Shown here piece by piece: positions 51,056 through 59,443 of a stretch of 64,000 bases of DNA. This DNA comes from Verrucomicrobiota bacterium (GTDB lineage Bacteria > Verrucomicrobiota > Verrucomicrobiia > Limisphaerales > UBA11358), in assembly GCA_050012035.1 (NCBI GenBank), contig JBEKHY010000002.1, positions 68,302-132,301 on the forward strand. Direction: 5' to 3'. The notes under the pieces were generated by a model. It saw only the letters and a program-made list of their open reading frames with translations, was not told the origin of the DNA and ran no database searches. Position 1 is the stretch's first letter; the number at the start of each line of letters is the position of its first letter. A program made the translations under genes and the position numbers.

Positions 51056-51364
51056 ATGATTCTGGCAACACTCATTCTGTCAGTTTCAGAACTGGCACTG
51101 GCTGTTCTGTTCGTGGTGCTCGCGTTTGGCCATACCAATAGTCAGGGTTTGAATCGCGCTTGGTTTGAATACTATGAGCATCCGTCGCCACAAACAGAGG
51201 CTGCTTTCAAACAGAAGAAGGCAGCTGAAGATAGAATTAGCTTTGTATTGACCGTTGGTGCGGGATTGCTGCTTGCGGTCAACAGTTACGTCTTGGTTAA
51301 GACGATCCGAAAGATCCGCGCTGGAAGTCAGCCGGAGACAAAGCCGACATCAAAGGGAGCTTAA
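51056..51364 (+). CDS. Small two-TM hypothetical protein inserted in the nuo operon
   Basis: Fills the nuoC-nuoD gap exactly; two hydrophobic helices; AT-richer codon usage. Confidence 0.6.
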   Translation: MILATLILSVSELALAVLFVVLAFGHTNSQGLNRAWFEYYEHPSPQTEAAFKQKKAAEDRISFVLTVGAGLLLAVNSYVLVKTIRKIRAGSQPETKPTSKGA

Positions 51365-51378
51365 CAATTTTGCGCGAG

Positions 51379-52650
51379 ATGCCCGACATTCACGAAATCG
51401 AGATTCACGATTCCGCCGCACGTGCAGCGCAGGCGACGGAAGAGCTTCAGGATGTTCAAGGCGAGAAGATGGTCCTGAACATGGGACCGTCGCATCCGGC
51501 TACGCACGGCGTGTTGCGCATTGTGCTCGAGTTGGACGGCGAAATCATCACCAAGGCCGACCCGGACGTGGGTTATCTGCATCGCGGCGACGAAAAAATC
51601 GCCGAGAACATGACCTACACGCAGTTCATTCCTTACACGGACCGGCTGGATTATCTCGCGCCGCTGGCCAACAATGTCGCCTACGCGCTCGCGGTGGAAA
51701 AACTGCTCGGCATCGAAAAGGACCTGCCGCCGCGCTGCCAATACATCCGCGTGATGTGCGCGGAACTGGCGCGCATCTCGTCGCACCTGCTCGGCATCGG
51801 CGCGTTCGCGATGGACGTCGGCGCGATGACCGTGTTCCTTTACATTTTCACCGAGCGCGAAAAGATTTATAATCTGGCCGAATCACTCAGTGGCGCGCGT
51901 TTCACCACAAGTTACACGCGCATCGGCGGCCTGATGCGCGATCTGCCGCCGGGTTGGGCGGACCAATGCCGCAAATTTCTGAAGGAAGTCGTCGTTACGC
52001 TCGACGAAGTGGAGACACTGCTCACACGCAACCGCATCTGGGTGGACCGGGTGCGCGACCTCGCCGTCATTTCCAAACAGGACGCCATTGATTACGGCTT
52101 GAGCGGGCCGAATCTGCGCGGGAGCGGCATCGAATGGGATTTGCGCAAAAACCAGCCGTATCTTTGTTACCGGGATTTTGAGTTCGACATCCCCATCGGT
52201 TCGGTGGGCGATTGCTACGACCGTTACCTCGTGCGCATGGAGGAAATGCGCCAGAGCGTGCGCATCCTCCACCAGTGCCTCGATAAAATTCCCGGCGGTG
52301 CGGACAACAAAACGAAAGAGCCGATCAACGTGCCGGACGGCAAAATCGTTCTGCCGCCGAAGCAGAACGTGATGACGAAAATGGAGGAATTGATCCATCA
52401 GTTCATGCTCGTAACACAGGGCATGAACTGTCCGCCCGGCGAAATTTATTTCGGCCACGAAAATCCCAAGGGCGAGCTGGGCTTTTACCTCAACAGCCGC
52501 GGCGGCGGCACGCCGTACCGGATGAAAATTCGCGCGCCCAGCTTTGTGAACCTGAGCATTCTGTCGCACCTGTTACCCGGCCACATGATGAGCGACACGG
52601 TGGCAATTCTGGGTTCGCTCGATTTCGTGATGGGAGAGTGCGACCGATGA
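51379..52650 (+). CDS. nuoD: NADH-quinone oxidoreductase subunit D
   Basis: NMGPSHPATHGVLR, GYLHRG, DRLDY, GECDR. Confidence 0.97.
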   Translation: MPDIHEIEIHDSAARAAQATEELQDVQGEKMVLNMGPSHPATHGVLRIVLELDGEIITKADPDVGYLHRGDEKIAENMTYTQFIPYTDRLDYLAPLANNVAYALAVEKLLGIEKDLPPRCQYIRVMCAELARISSHLLGIGAFAMDVGAMTVFLYIFTEREKIYNLAESLSGARFTTSYTRIGGLMRDLPPGWADQCRKFLKEVVVTLDEVETLLTRNRIWVDRVRDLAVISKQDAIDYGLSGPNLRGSGIEWDLRKNQPYLCYRDFEFDIPIGSVGDCYDRYLVRMEEMRQSVRILHQCLDKIPGGADNKTKEPINVPDGKIVLPPKQNVMTKMEELIHQFMLVTQGMNCPPGEIYFGHENPKGELGFYLNSRGGGTPYRMKIRAPSFVNLSILSHLLPGHMMSDTVAILGSLDFVMGECDR

Positions 52651-53180
52651 ACCCCACGCACACCGAACCCATCCCCAACCCGCTCCGGCAACAGGACGGT
52701 TTCGCTGTGCCAGCCGTGCTTGAGGCGGAGGTGGACGAACTCATTACCCACTATCCGGTGAAACGTGCGGCATCGTTGATGGTGCTGCACGCGATTCAGG
52801 AACAATTCGGCTGGATTTCGCAGGAGGCGGTCGAGTGGACGGCGAGGAAGCTCGAACTGCAACCCATCAACGTTTACGAGCTGGTGACGTTTTATCCGAT
52901 GCTCCGGCAGCAGCCGATGGGCAAATATCAAATCAAGGTCTGCCGGACGCTGAGCTGCGCGCTGGGCGGCGCGTATGAACTCCACAAACATTTTTGCAAG
53001 AAGCTGGGTCTGGACGCGCACGCGCACGGCCCGCAAACAACGAAGGACGGAAAGTTCACGGTCGAATTCGTCGAATGTCTCGCCAGTTGCGGCACCGCGC
53101 CGGTGATGATGTGCAACGACGCTTTTTACGAAGCCGTTTCAAAAGTGAAGGCAAATGAGATAGTGGCAAAATGCAGTTGA
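52647..53180 (+). CDS. nuoE: NADH-quinone oxidoreductase subunit E
   Basis: VTFYPM, CRTLSC, ECLASCGTAP. Confidence 0.95.
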   Translation: MNPTHTEPIPNPLRQQDGFAVPAVLEAEVDELITHYPVKRAASLMVLHAIQEQFGWISQEAVEWTARKLELQPINVYELVTFYPMLRQQPMGKYQIKVCRTLSCALGGAYELHKHFCKKLGLDAHAHGPQTTKDGKFTVEFVECLASCGTAPVMMCNDAFYEAVSKVKANEIVAKCS

Positions 53181-53232
53181 GCGAGATCTGATGCAAAGCG
53201 TAAATCGCAAATCTGAAATCGCAAATGTCAGT

Positions 53233-53306
53233 TGGCTGCCCGACATGGATTTGAACCATGACAAACAGATCCAGAGTCTGCTGTGCTACCGTTACACCAT
53301 CGGGCA
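53233..53306 (-). tRNA. tRNA-Gln(CUG), antisense within the nuo operon
   Basis: TGCCCGA/TCGGGCA acceptor, GCAGA-CTCTGGA-TCTGT, CATGG-TTCAAAT-CCATG, GCCA. Confidence 0.93.
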
Positions 53307-53359
53307 AGCCGGAGCATGGGTTAGGCTAAAGGGTTTCTCCACCCAGTCAAGCCGGCAAC

Positions 53360-53430
53360 GTTGGACAGGCATCCTGCCTGTCTCCCATTTATTTATTTCA
53401 AGCCAGAGACAGGCGGGTCGCCTGTCCTAC
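53360..53430. repeat. Intergenic REP doublet
   Basis: gttggacaggcatcctgcctgtc ... gacaggcgggtcgcctgtcctac. Confidence 0.85.
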
Positions 53431-53437
53431 GAGTAAA

Positions 53438-54871
53438 ATGGCGCAAGAATACAAATTGGTTTTGAAATACGCCGATCAGCCGGGTTACACGCCCGACATC
53501 GAATGTTATTTGCGTCACGGCGGCTACGAGGTTCTGAAGAAGGCGCTCGCACTCCAGCCCAAAACCTTGCCGGGCGGCAAGACCCAGTCGCCGCAGGAAC
53601 AAATCCGTCAGGAAGTCATGACCTCCGGTCTGCGCGGTCGTGGCGGAGCGGGTTTTTCGTGCGGCTTGAAGTGGAGTTTCGTTGACCGCAGGAGCGGCAA
53701 GCCGGTTTACCTGATTTGCAACGCCGACGAGTCCGAGCCGGGCACGTTCAAGGACCGGCAGATCATTTACAAAGACCCGCACCAGTTGCTCGAGGGCACA
53801 ATCATCTCGTGCTTCGCCAACGACGTGCATCTGGCTTACATCTACATCCGCGGCGAAATGCCCGATGGCGCGAAATTGTTGAACCAGGCGCTCGCCGAGG
53901 CCCGCGCAAAAAATTTCATCGGCAAAACCATTTTAGGCAGCGGCTACGATTTGGAAATTTACATTCATCGTGGCGCGGGTGCTTACATCTGCGGCGAGGA
54001 AACCGGCCTCATCGAATCACTCGAAGGCAAACGGCCGTATCCGCGCATCAAGCCACCGTATTTTCCCGCCGTGCTCGGTTTGTGGATGTGCCCGACCATC
54101 GTCAATAACGTCGAGACGCTTTGCAACGTGAAGCACATTGTTGCGATGGGTGGCGCGGAATATGCCAAACTCGGCACGCCCAACAACACCGGCACCCGCA
54201 TTGTCAGCCTCAGTGGCCACGTCAAAAAGCCGGGTTATTACGAAATCGAGACCGGCAAGGTCACCATCGGCCAGCTTATCAACGATCCGGCGTTCGGCGG
54301 GGGACTGCGTCCCGGGCATTCGTTGAAAGCCGTGATTCCCGGCGGTTCTTCGGCAAAAGTTTTCAAAGCGGGTGAGAAATTCAAACTCAAGCGCAAAGGC
54401 CCGGACGGCCAGCTCGTCGAACAGGAAGTGGACACGCTGGATTTGCCTTACGACTTTGACACACTCATTGCTGCAGGCAGCATGTCCGGCTCGGCGGCAA
54501 TCATCGTGCTGGACGATTCGACCGACATCGTCGCGGCGCTGGCGAACATCGCCGAGTTTTACGCGCACGAAAGCTGCGGCCAATGCACGCCCTGCCGCGA
54601 AGGCTCGCTCTGGATGAGCAAGGCGCTGCACCGCCTTACCCACGGCGAAGGTCGCGCGAGTGACGCGGATTATCTGATTAAAATCGCCGACAACATTCCC
54701 GGCGGCCGCACCATTTGCGCCTTTGGCGAGGCCTGCTCGTGGCCGGTGCAAAGTTTTGTCGCAAAATTCAAAGACGAATTTATTGCCAAAGGCGCTACTG
54801 ACGAAGCGCGTCGCGCGAAGGAAAATGCCGCGCCGGCGGGACCAAAACAATTAGCTGCCGCGCGCCACTGA
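53438..54871 (+). CDS. nuoF: NADH-quinone oxidoreductase subunit F
   Basis: GLRGRGGAGF, NADESEPGTFKDR, GAGAYICGEETGL, ESCGQCTPCREG. Confidence 0.97.
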   Translation: MAQEYKLVLKYADQPGYTPDIECYLRHGGYEVLKKALALQPKTLPGGKTQSPQEQIRQEVMTSGLRGRGGAGFSCGLKWSFVDRRSGKPVYLICNADESEPGTFKDRQIIYKDPHQLLEGTIISCFANDVHLAYIYIRGEMPDGAKLLNQALAEARAKNFIGKTILGSGYDLEIYIHRGAGAYICGEETGLIESLEGKRPYPRIKPPYFPAVLGLWMCPTIVNNVETLCNVKHIVAMGGAEYAKLGTPNNTGTRIVSLSGHVKKPGYYEIETGKVTIGQLINDPAFGGGLRPGHSLKAVIPGGSSAKVFKAGEKFKLKRKGPDGQLVEQEVDTLDLPYDFDTLIAAGSMSGSAAIIVLDDSTDIVAALANIAEFYAHESCGQCTPCREGSLWMSKALHRLTHGEGRASDADYLIKIADNIPGGRTICAFGEACSWPVQSFVAKFKDEFIAKGATDEARRAKENAAPAGPKQLAAARH

Positions 54872-54875
54872 TTGC

Positions 54876-56630
54876 ATGTCAACCGCAGCCATAACTGACA
54901 TGAAGCCCGCCGCGCGGGCGATCGAAAAGATCAAGGTAAAGGTGGACGGGCGTGAAATCGAGGTGCCGAAGACGACACCCGACCCGATTTCCGGCCGGCC
55001 GATTCCGACCACGATGATCCAGGCCTGCGAGTTGGCGAAGGTGGACGTGCCGCATTATTGCTATCATCCGAAGCTGCCGGTCGCCGGCAACTGCCGCATG
55101 TGCCTCGTTGAATTCGGCACGCCCATGCTCGGCCCGGATCGCAAGTCGATCTTGAATCCCGACGGCTCGCTGAAAATTGTGAAATCGCCGCGTCCAGCCA
55201 TTGCCTGCGCCACGCCGATTTCGCCCGGCATGGAAATTTATACGAACACGCCCGGCGTGAAACAGATGCGCGAGGGCGTGCTGGAATTCCTGCTCATTAA
55301 TCACCCGCTCGATTGCCCGATATGCGACCAAGCGGGCGAATGCAAGCTGCAGGAATACTCGGTGGACTACGGTCAATCGGCCAGCCGCTTTGTTGAACCG
55401 AAGGTCCACAAACCCAAGGCCGTTGACCTCGGTCCGCGCATCGTGCTCGATGACGAACGCTGCATTCTCTGTACGCGCTGTATCCGGTTCACGCGCGACA
55501 TCGCGGGCGACGATGCGCTAGGCATCGTCAATCGCGGCAGCTACAGCACGCTCACGGCTTATCCGGGAAAAGTTTTCGACAATAATTACACACTCAACAC
55601 CGTGGACATCTGCCCCGTCGGCGCGCTCACGTCGAAGGATTTCCGGTTTCAGATGCGCGTGTGGTTCCTCAAGGAAACCAAGAGCATTTGCACCAGTTGC
55701 GCGACGGGCTGCAACGTCATCGTCGGTTCGCGCGAAGAAAAAGTTTATCGCTACACGCCGCGCGAAAATGATGCCGTCAACGCGTGCTGGATGTGCGATT
55801 ACGGCCGCTTGAATTACAAATGGATCGGCCGGGCAGACCGGTTGAAGGATGTTCTGGTTCGTGATGTAGGACAGACTTCCAGCCTGTCTCCATCTCATAA
55901 AGAGTCAGAGACAGGCGCGACGCCTGTCCTACGTAAAACAACGTGGACCGCTGCACTCAGTGAAATTGCAAACAAGTTGAAAAATGCGCCGTACGGTTCG
56001 GTTGCCATAGTTGCCTCGGCGCGGCAGACGAACGAAGAACTCTGGCTGCTCAAAAAACTGGCGGACAAATTTGGTGCCATGACGGACTCCATCGGGCGGT
56101 TTGGCGAAGGCGACAAGCTGTTGCTGAACGCCGACCGCAATCCGAACAAGACCGGTGCGCGGCTCATCGGCATCTGCCAGGCGAGCGTGGGCATCAAAAT
56201 GCGGCCGATTACCGAATTCATCCGTGCCGGCAAGGTCAAGACCTTGATCGTTTTCGGTGAGGACGTGACGAAGAACGGCATCGGCACTGACTTGCTCGAC
56301 AAATTGGACATGTTGATTGTCAGCGACATTTTGCCAAACGCAACGACGAAGCTGGCGCATTATCTGCTGCCCGGCTGCGCCCACGTCGAGAAACGCGGCA
56401 CGTTTACGAACATCAAGGGCCGTATCCAGAAATTCATGAAGGCCGTCGAACCGCCCGGCGACGCGCGGCCCGAATGGGAATTTTTGCACGACTTGGTCTA
56501 TAACATCACCGGCCAGGATGGTTTCCTGACGATTGAAGGCTTATTCAACGAAATGGCGAAGGACGTGCCGGCGTTCAACGGTTTGACCTGGGCGGGTCTG
56601 GGCGACACAGGCGTGACGGTAAAAATCTGA
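54876..56630 (+). CDS. nuoG: NADH-quinone oxidoreductase subunit G, with REP insertion
   Basis: HYCYHPKL..AGNCRMCLV, NHPLDCPICDQAGEC, CILCTRCIRF, DICPVGAL. Confidence 0.95.
   Translation: MSTAAITDMKPAARAIEKIKVKVDGREIEVPKTTPDPISGRPIPTTMIQACELAKVDVPHYCYHPKLPVAGNCRMCLVEFGTPMLGPDRKSILNPDGSLKIVKSPRPAIACATPISPGMEIYTNTPGVKQMREGVLEFLLINHPLDCPICDQAGECKLQEYSVDYGQSASRFVEPKVHKPKAVDLGPRIVLDDERCILCTRCIRFTRDIAGDDALGIVNRGSYSTLTAYPGKVFDNNYTLNTVDICPVGALTSKDFRFQMRVWFLKETKSICTSCATGCNVIVGSREEKVYRYTPRENDAVNACWMCDYGRLNYKWIGRADRLKDVLVRDVGQTSSLSPSHKESETGATPVLRKTTWTAALSEIANKLKNAPYGSVAIVASARQTNEELWLLKKLADKFGAMTDSIGRFGEGDKLLLNADRNPNKTGARLIGICQASVGIKMRPITEFIRAGKVKTLIVFGEDVTKNGIGTDLLDKLDMLIVSDILPNATTKLAHYLLPGCAHVEKRGTFTNIKGRIQKFMKAVEPPGDARPEWEFLHDLVYNITGQDGFLTIEGLFNEMAKDVPAFNGLTWAGLGDTGVTVKI
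55866..55932. repeat. REP doublet in frame within nuoG
   Basis: gtaggacagacttccagcctgtc ... gacaggcgcgacgcctgtcctac. Confidence 0.88.
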
Positions 56631-56631
56631 A

Positions 56632-57693
56632 ATGAACTGGAATTTCCTCATCTTCAGTCTGGTCAAAATCGCCGTGGTCATCGGCGTGGTGCAGGGCATG
56701 GTGGCCTATGCGGTCCTGGCCGAGCGCAAGGTATCGGCATGGATTCAGGACCGCGTCGGGCCGAACCGCGCAGCGCCGCCGTTTGCCCAATATATTCCGG
56801 TCATCGGGCCGCTCCTGACCCGCGTCGGCTTCTTCCAGCCGCTGGCGGACGGCTTGAAATTCATCCTCAAGGAGGATTTCACGCCGGCGGGCGTGCGGAA
56901 GGCTTACTTTTGGCTGGCACCAGCGATTGCCATCATTCCGGCGATGCTGACCGTGGCGGTGATTCCGTTCGGCTCCACACTCGGTCAGCAGCAAATGGTC
57001 ATTTCGGATTTGAACGTGGGCATTCTTTACACGTTCGGCATCGTTTCGCTCGGCGTTTATGGAATTGTGCTGGCGGGCTACGCGGCGAACTCGAAATATC
57101 CGTTCCTGGGCGGCATCCGGTCGAGCGCGCAGATGATTTCGTACGAAATTGCGATGGGTATGTCGGTGATTCCGGTGCTGCTCATCGCGGGCAATTTGAA
57201 TTTGAGCCGGATCATCGGCTGGCAGGCGCTGCACGGCTGGCTGGTGCTGTATGCGCCGGTATCGTTCTTCATTTTCCTGACCGCGTCGTTTGCGGAAACG
57301 AATCGACTGCCATTCGATTTCCCGGAAGCCGAGCAGGAACTGGTCGGCGGTTATCACACCGAATACAGCTCGATGAAATTCGCGCTGTTTTTCCTCGGGG
57401 AATATTCCAACATGATTGCGTCGGCGGCGATGATGGTGACGCTGTTTTTCGGCGGCTGGACGCTGCCGTTCTGGGGGCTGGACCATCCGGCGGCGACACT
57501 GGGCGCGGGCATCGCGCACATCCTGATTTTCCTGGTGAAGATGCTGCTGTTCATGCTGCTGTTCATCTGGGTGCGCTGGATGTGGCCGCGGTTCCGGTAT
57601 GACCAGTTGATGAATTTGGGCTGGCAGCGGTTCGTGCCGCTGGCGCTCGTGAACATTCTGGTGACGGCAGTAATTTTGTGGATGAGAAGTTGA
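56632..57693 (+). CDS. nuoH: NADH-quinone oxidoreductase subunit H
   Basis: ERKVSAWIQDRVGPN, AQMISYE, ETNRLPFD, PRFRYDQLM. Confidence 0.97.
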   Translation: MNWNFLIFSLVKIAVVIGVVQGMVAYAVLAERKVSAWIQDRVGPNRAAPPFAQYIPVIGPLLTRVGFFQPLADGLKFILKEDFTPAGVRKAYFWLAPAIAIIPAMLTVAVIPFGSTLGQQQMVISDLNVGILYTFGIVSLGVYGIVLAGYAANSKYPFLGGIRSSAQMISYEIAMGMSVIPVLLIAGNLNLSRIIGWQALHGWLVLYAPVSFFIFLTASFAETNRLPFDFPEAEQELVGGYHTEYSSMKFALFFLGEYSNMIASAAMMVTLFFGGWTLPFWGLDHPAATLGAGIAHILIFLVKMLLFMLLFIWVRWMWPRFRYDQLMNLGWQRFVPLALVNILVTAVILWMRS

Positions 57694-57768
57694 TTGGTAG
57701 CCGCGTTTGTGAAGACGCGGAGTGAATTGAGCTTGTCCGCCGATTTACATCGGCGGCTGCGGAACGGA

Positions 57769-58326
57769 ATGATAGTAAATCGCAAGCCATTGACGATTTG
57801 GGAAAAGCTTTATCTGCCGGCGATTATCGGCGGATTCAAAGTCACCGCCCGGCATTTGTTCCGCTCGTTGTTCGGCGGCAAAACGGTCACGATGGAATAT
57901 CCGGAACAGAAATGGGCCGTGCCGCCGGATTATCGCGGCGCGCCGTATCTCGTGCGCGACCAGGACGGCAACACGAAATGCGTCTCCTGCCAGCTTTGCG
58001 AATTCGTCTGCCCGCCCAAGGCCATCAAAATCATTCCGCCCGGGCCAGCCGGGCCGCCAGCCGACCGGCCCAACGCGGAAAAAATACCGCTCGAGTTTGA
58101 AATCAACATGCTGCGCTGCATCTTTTGCGGCTATTGCCAGGAGGTCTGCCCGGAGGAAGCAATTTTTCTGCTGAAGGATTATTCGCTCACCGGCTTGATC
58201 CGCGACGAGATGATTTACAACAAAGAAAAACTCCTCGCGCTCGGCGGCGAACACGGCGGCACCCAGAAATGGAAACACAAGCTGGCGGAAGCGAAGGCGC
58301 AGAAGGATTTTCCGGTAAACGTTTGA
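57769..58326 (+). CDS. nuoI: NADH-quinone oxidoreductase subunit I
   Basis: CVSCQLCEFVCP and CIFCGYCQEVCP. Confidence 0.95.
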   Translation: MIVNRKPLTIWEKLYLPAIIGGFKVTARHLFRSLFGGKTVTMEYPEQKWAVPPDYRGAPYLVRDQDGNTKCVSCQLCEFVCPPKAIKIIPPGPAGPPADRPNAEKIPLEFEINMLRCIFCGYCQEVCPEEAIFLLKDYSLTGLIRDEMIYNKEKLLALGGEHGGTQKWKHKLAEAKAQKDFPVNV

Positions 58327-58338
58327 AACCGGGGCGAA

Positions 58339-58845
58339 ATGGAATTCACGGACATTTTATTTTACGTTTTCGCGGCGCTGACGCTGTTGTGCGGCGCGCT
58401 GGTCGTGGCCAATCCGTTCAGCCGCAACCCGGTCACGAGCGCCATGTTTCTCGTCCTGACTATCGTTTCGCTGGCCGGGCTGTTCGTGCTGTTGCATGCG
58501 TTCTTCCTCGCGGCGGTGCAAATCCTCGTCTATGCCGGTGCCGTCATGGTGCTGTTCCTGTTCGTCATCATGCTGCTCGATTTGAAGGAGGAACAACGGC
58601 GCAAAATCAAAATGTTCGGTTTTGTGGGCGGACTGGTTTCCGTCGGCGCCATCATCGTGATTGCCCTGAAGTGCTTGCGGGCCAGCAATCTAAACGCCCA
58701 GTCGCTGCTCACGCTCGAAGGGGGCACCGCTGAACTCGGTAATCTTCTGTTCAAGCAGTACGTGCTGCCGTTTGAAGTCGTCTCGGTGCTGCTGCTGGTG
58801 GCGATGGTCGGCGTGATTTTGTTGAGCAAAAAGGATTTGAAGTGA
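58339..58845 (+). CDS. nuoJ: NADH-quinone oxidoreductase subunit J
   Basis: QILVYAGAVMVLFLFVIML, LPFEVVS. Confidence 0.95.
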   Translation: MEFTDILFYVFAALTLLCGALVVANPFSRNPVTSAMFLVLTIVSLAGLFVLLHAFFLAAVQILVYAGAVMVLFLFVIMLLDLKEEQRRKIKMFGFVGGLVSVGAIIVIALKCLRASNLNAQSLLTLEGGTAELGNLLFKQYVLPFEVVSVLLLVAMVGVILLSKKDLK

Positions 58846-58856
58846 TTAAAAACCAC

Positions 58857-58944
58857 AACGCAGAGACGCAGAGGACGCGGAGGAACGCGGAGAATTTATT
58901 TTTGGTTTCTCTGCGAACCTCTGCGTTCTTCGCGCCTCTGCGTT
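58857..58944. repeat. Intergenic palindromic repeat built from ~9-bp units (ACGCAGAG...CTCTGCGT)
   Basis: aacgcagagacgcagaggacgcggagg ... ctctgcgttcttcgcgcctctgcgtt. Confidence 0.75.
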
Positions 58945-58968
58945 TAAGTGGGCGCATCCGCAATTAAA

Positions 58969-59274
58969 ATGCAAGTCGGACTGGAACAATATCTGGTTGT
59001 CAGCTTCCTGCTGTTCGCGCTGGGGCTGCTCGGTGTGGTCATGCGCCGCAATCTGCTGGTGATTTACATGTCACTGGAGCTGATGCTCAACGCGGCCAAT
59101 CTCGCCCTGGTGGCGTTCTCGCGGTTCAACGACAAATTGGATGGTCAGGTGTTGGTCTTTTTCATCATCACCGTTGCGGCGGCGGAAGTGGCGGTCGGTC
59201 TGGCACTCGTCGTGGCGCTTTACCGCAAACGCCAGTCCGCGCACGTCGAAGACCTGACGACCATGAAACTTTAG
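58969..59274 (+). CDS. nuoK: NADH-quinone oxidoreductase subunit K
   Basis: [19 protein letters not shown]. Confidence 0.96.
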   Translation: MQVGLEQYLVVSFLLFALGLLGVVMRRNLLVIYMSLELMLNAANLALVAFSRFNDKLDGQVLVFFIITVAAAEVAVGLALVVALYRKRQSAHVEDLTTMKL

Positions 59275-59301
59275 CCATGAACGAAAGTCTCCATTCAACT
59301 T

Positions 59302-59398
59302 GTAGCAGCCGACGCGAGGAGGCTCTAACTTCTCTGCGCCGTGATGCGTGTTGCGTGATGCGTGATGCAAGTCAGAGCCTCGTTCCCTCGGCTGCTAC
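59302..59398. repeat. GTAGCAGCCGA...GGCTGCTAC REP doublet with internal heptamer repeats
   Basis: gtagcagccgacgcgaggaggctct ... agagcctcgttccctcggctgctac; a related GTAGCC element at 57697-57760. Confidence 0.75.
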
Positions 59399-59443
59399 GA
59401 ATTTTATCCGTGTCCATCCGTGTTCATCCGTGGTTAAACAGCA

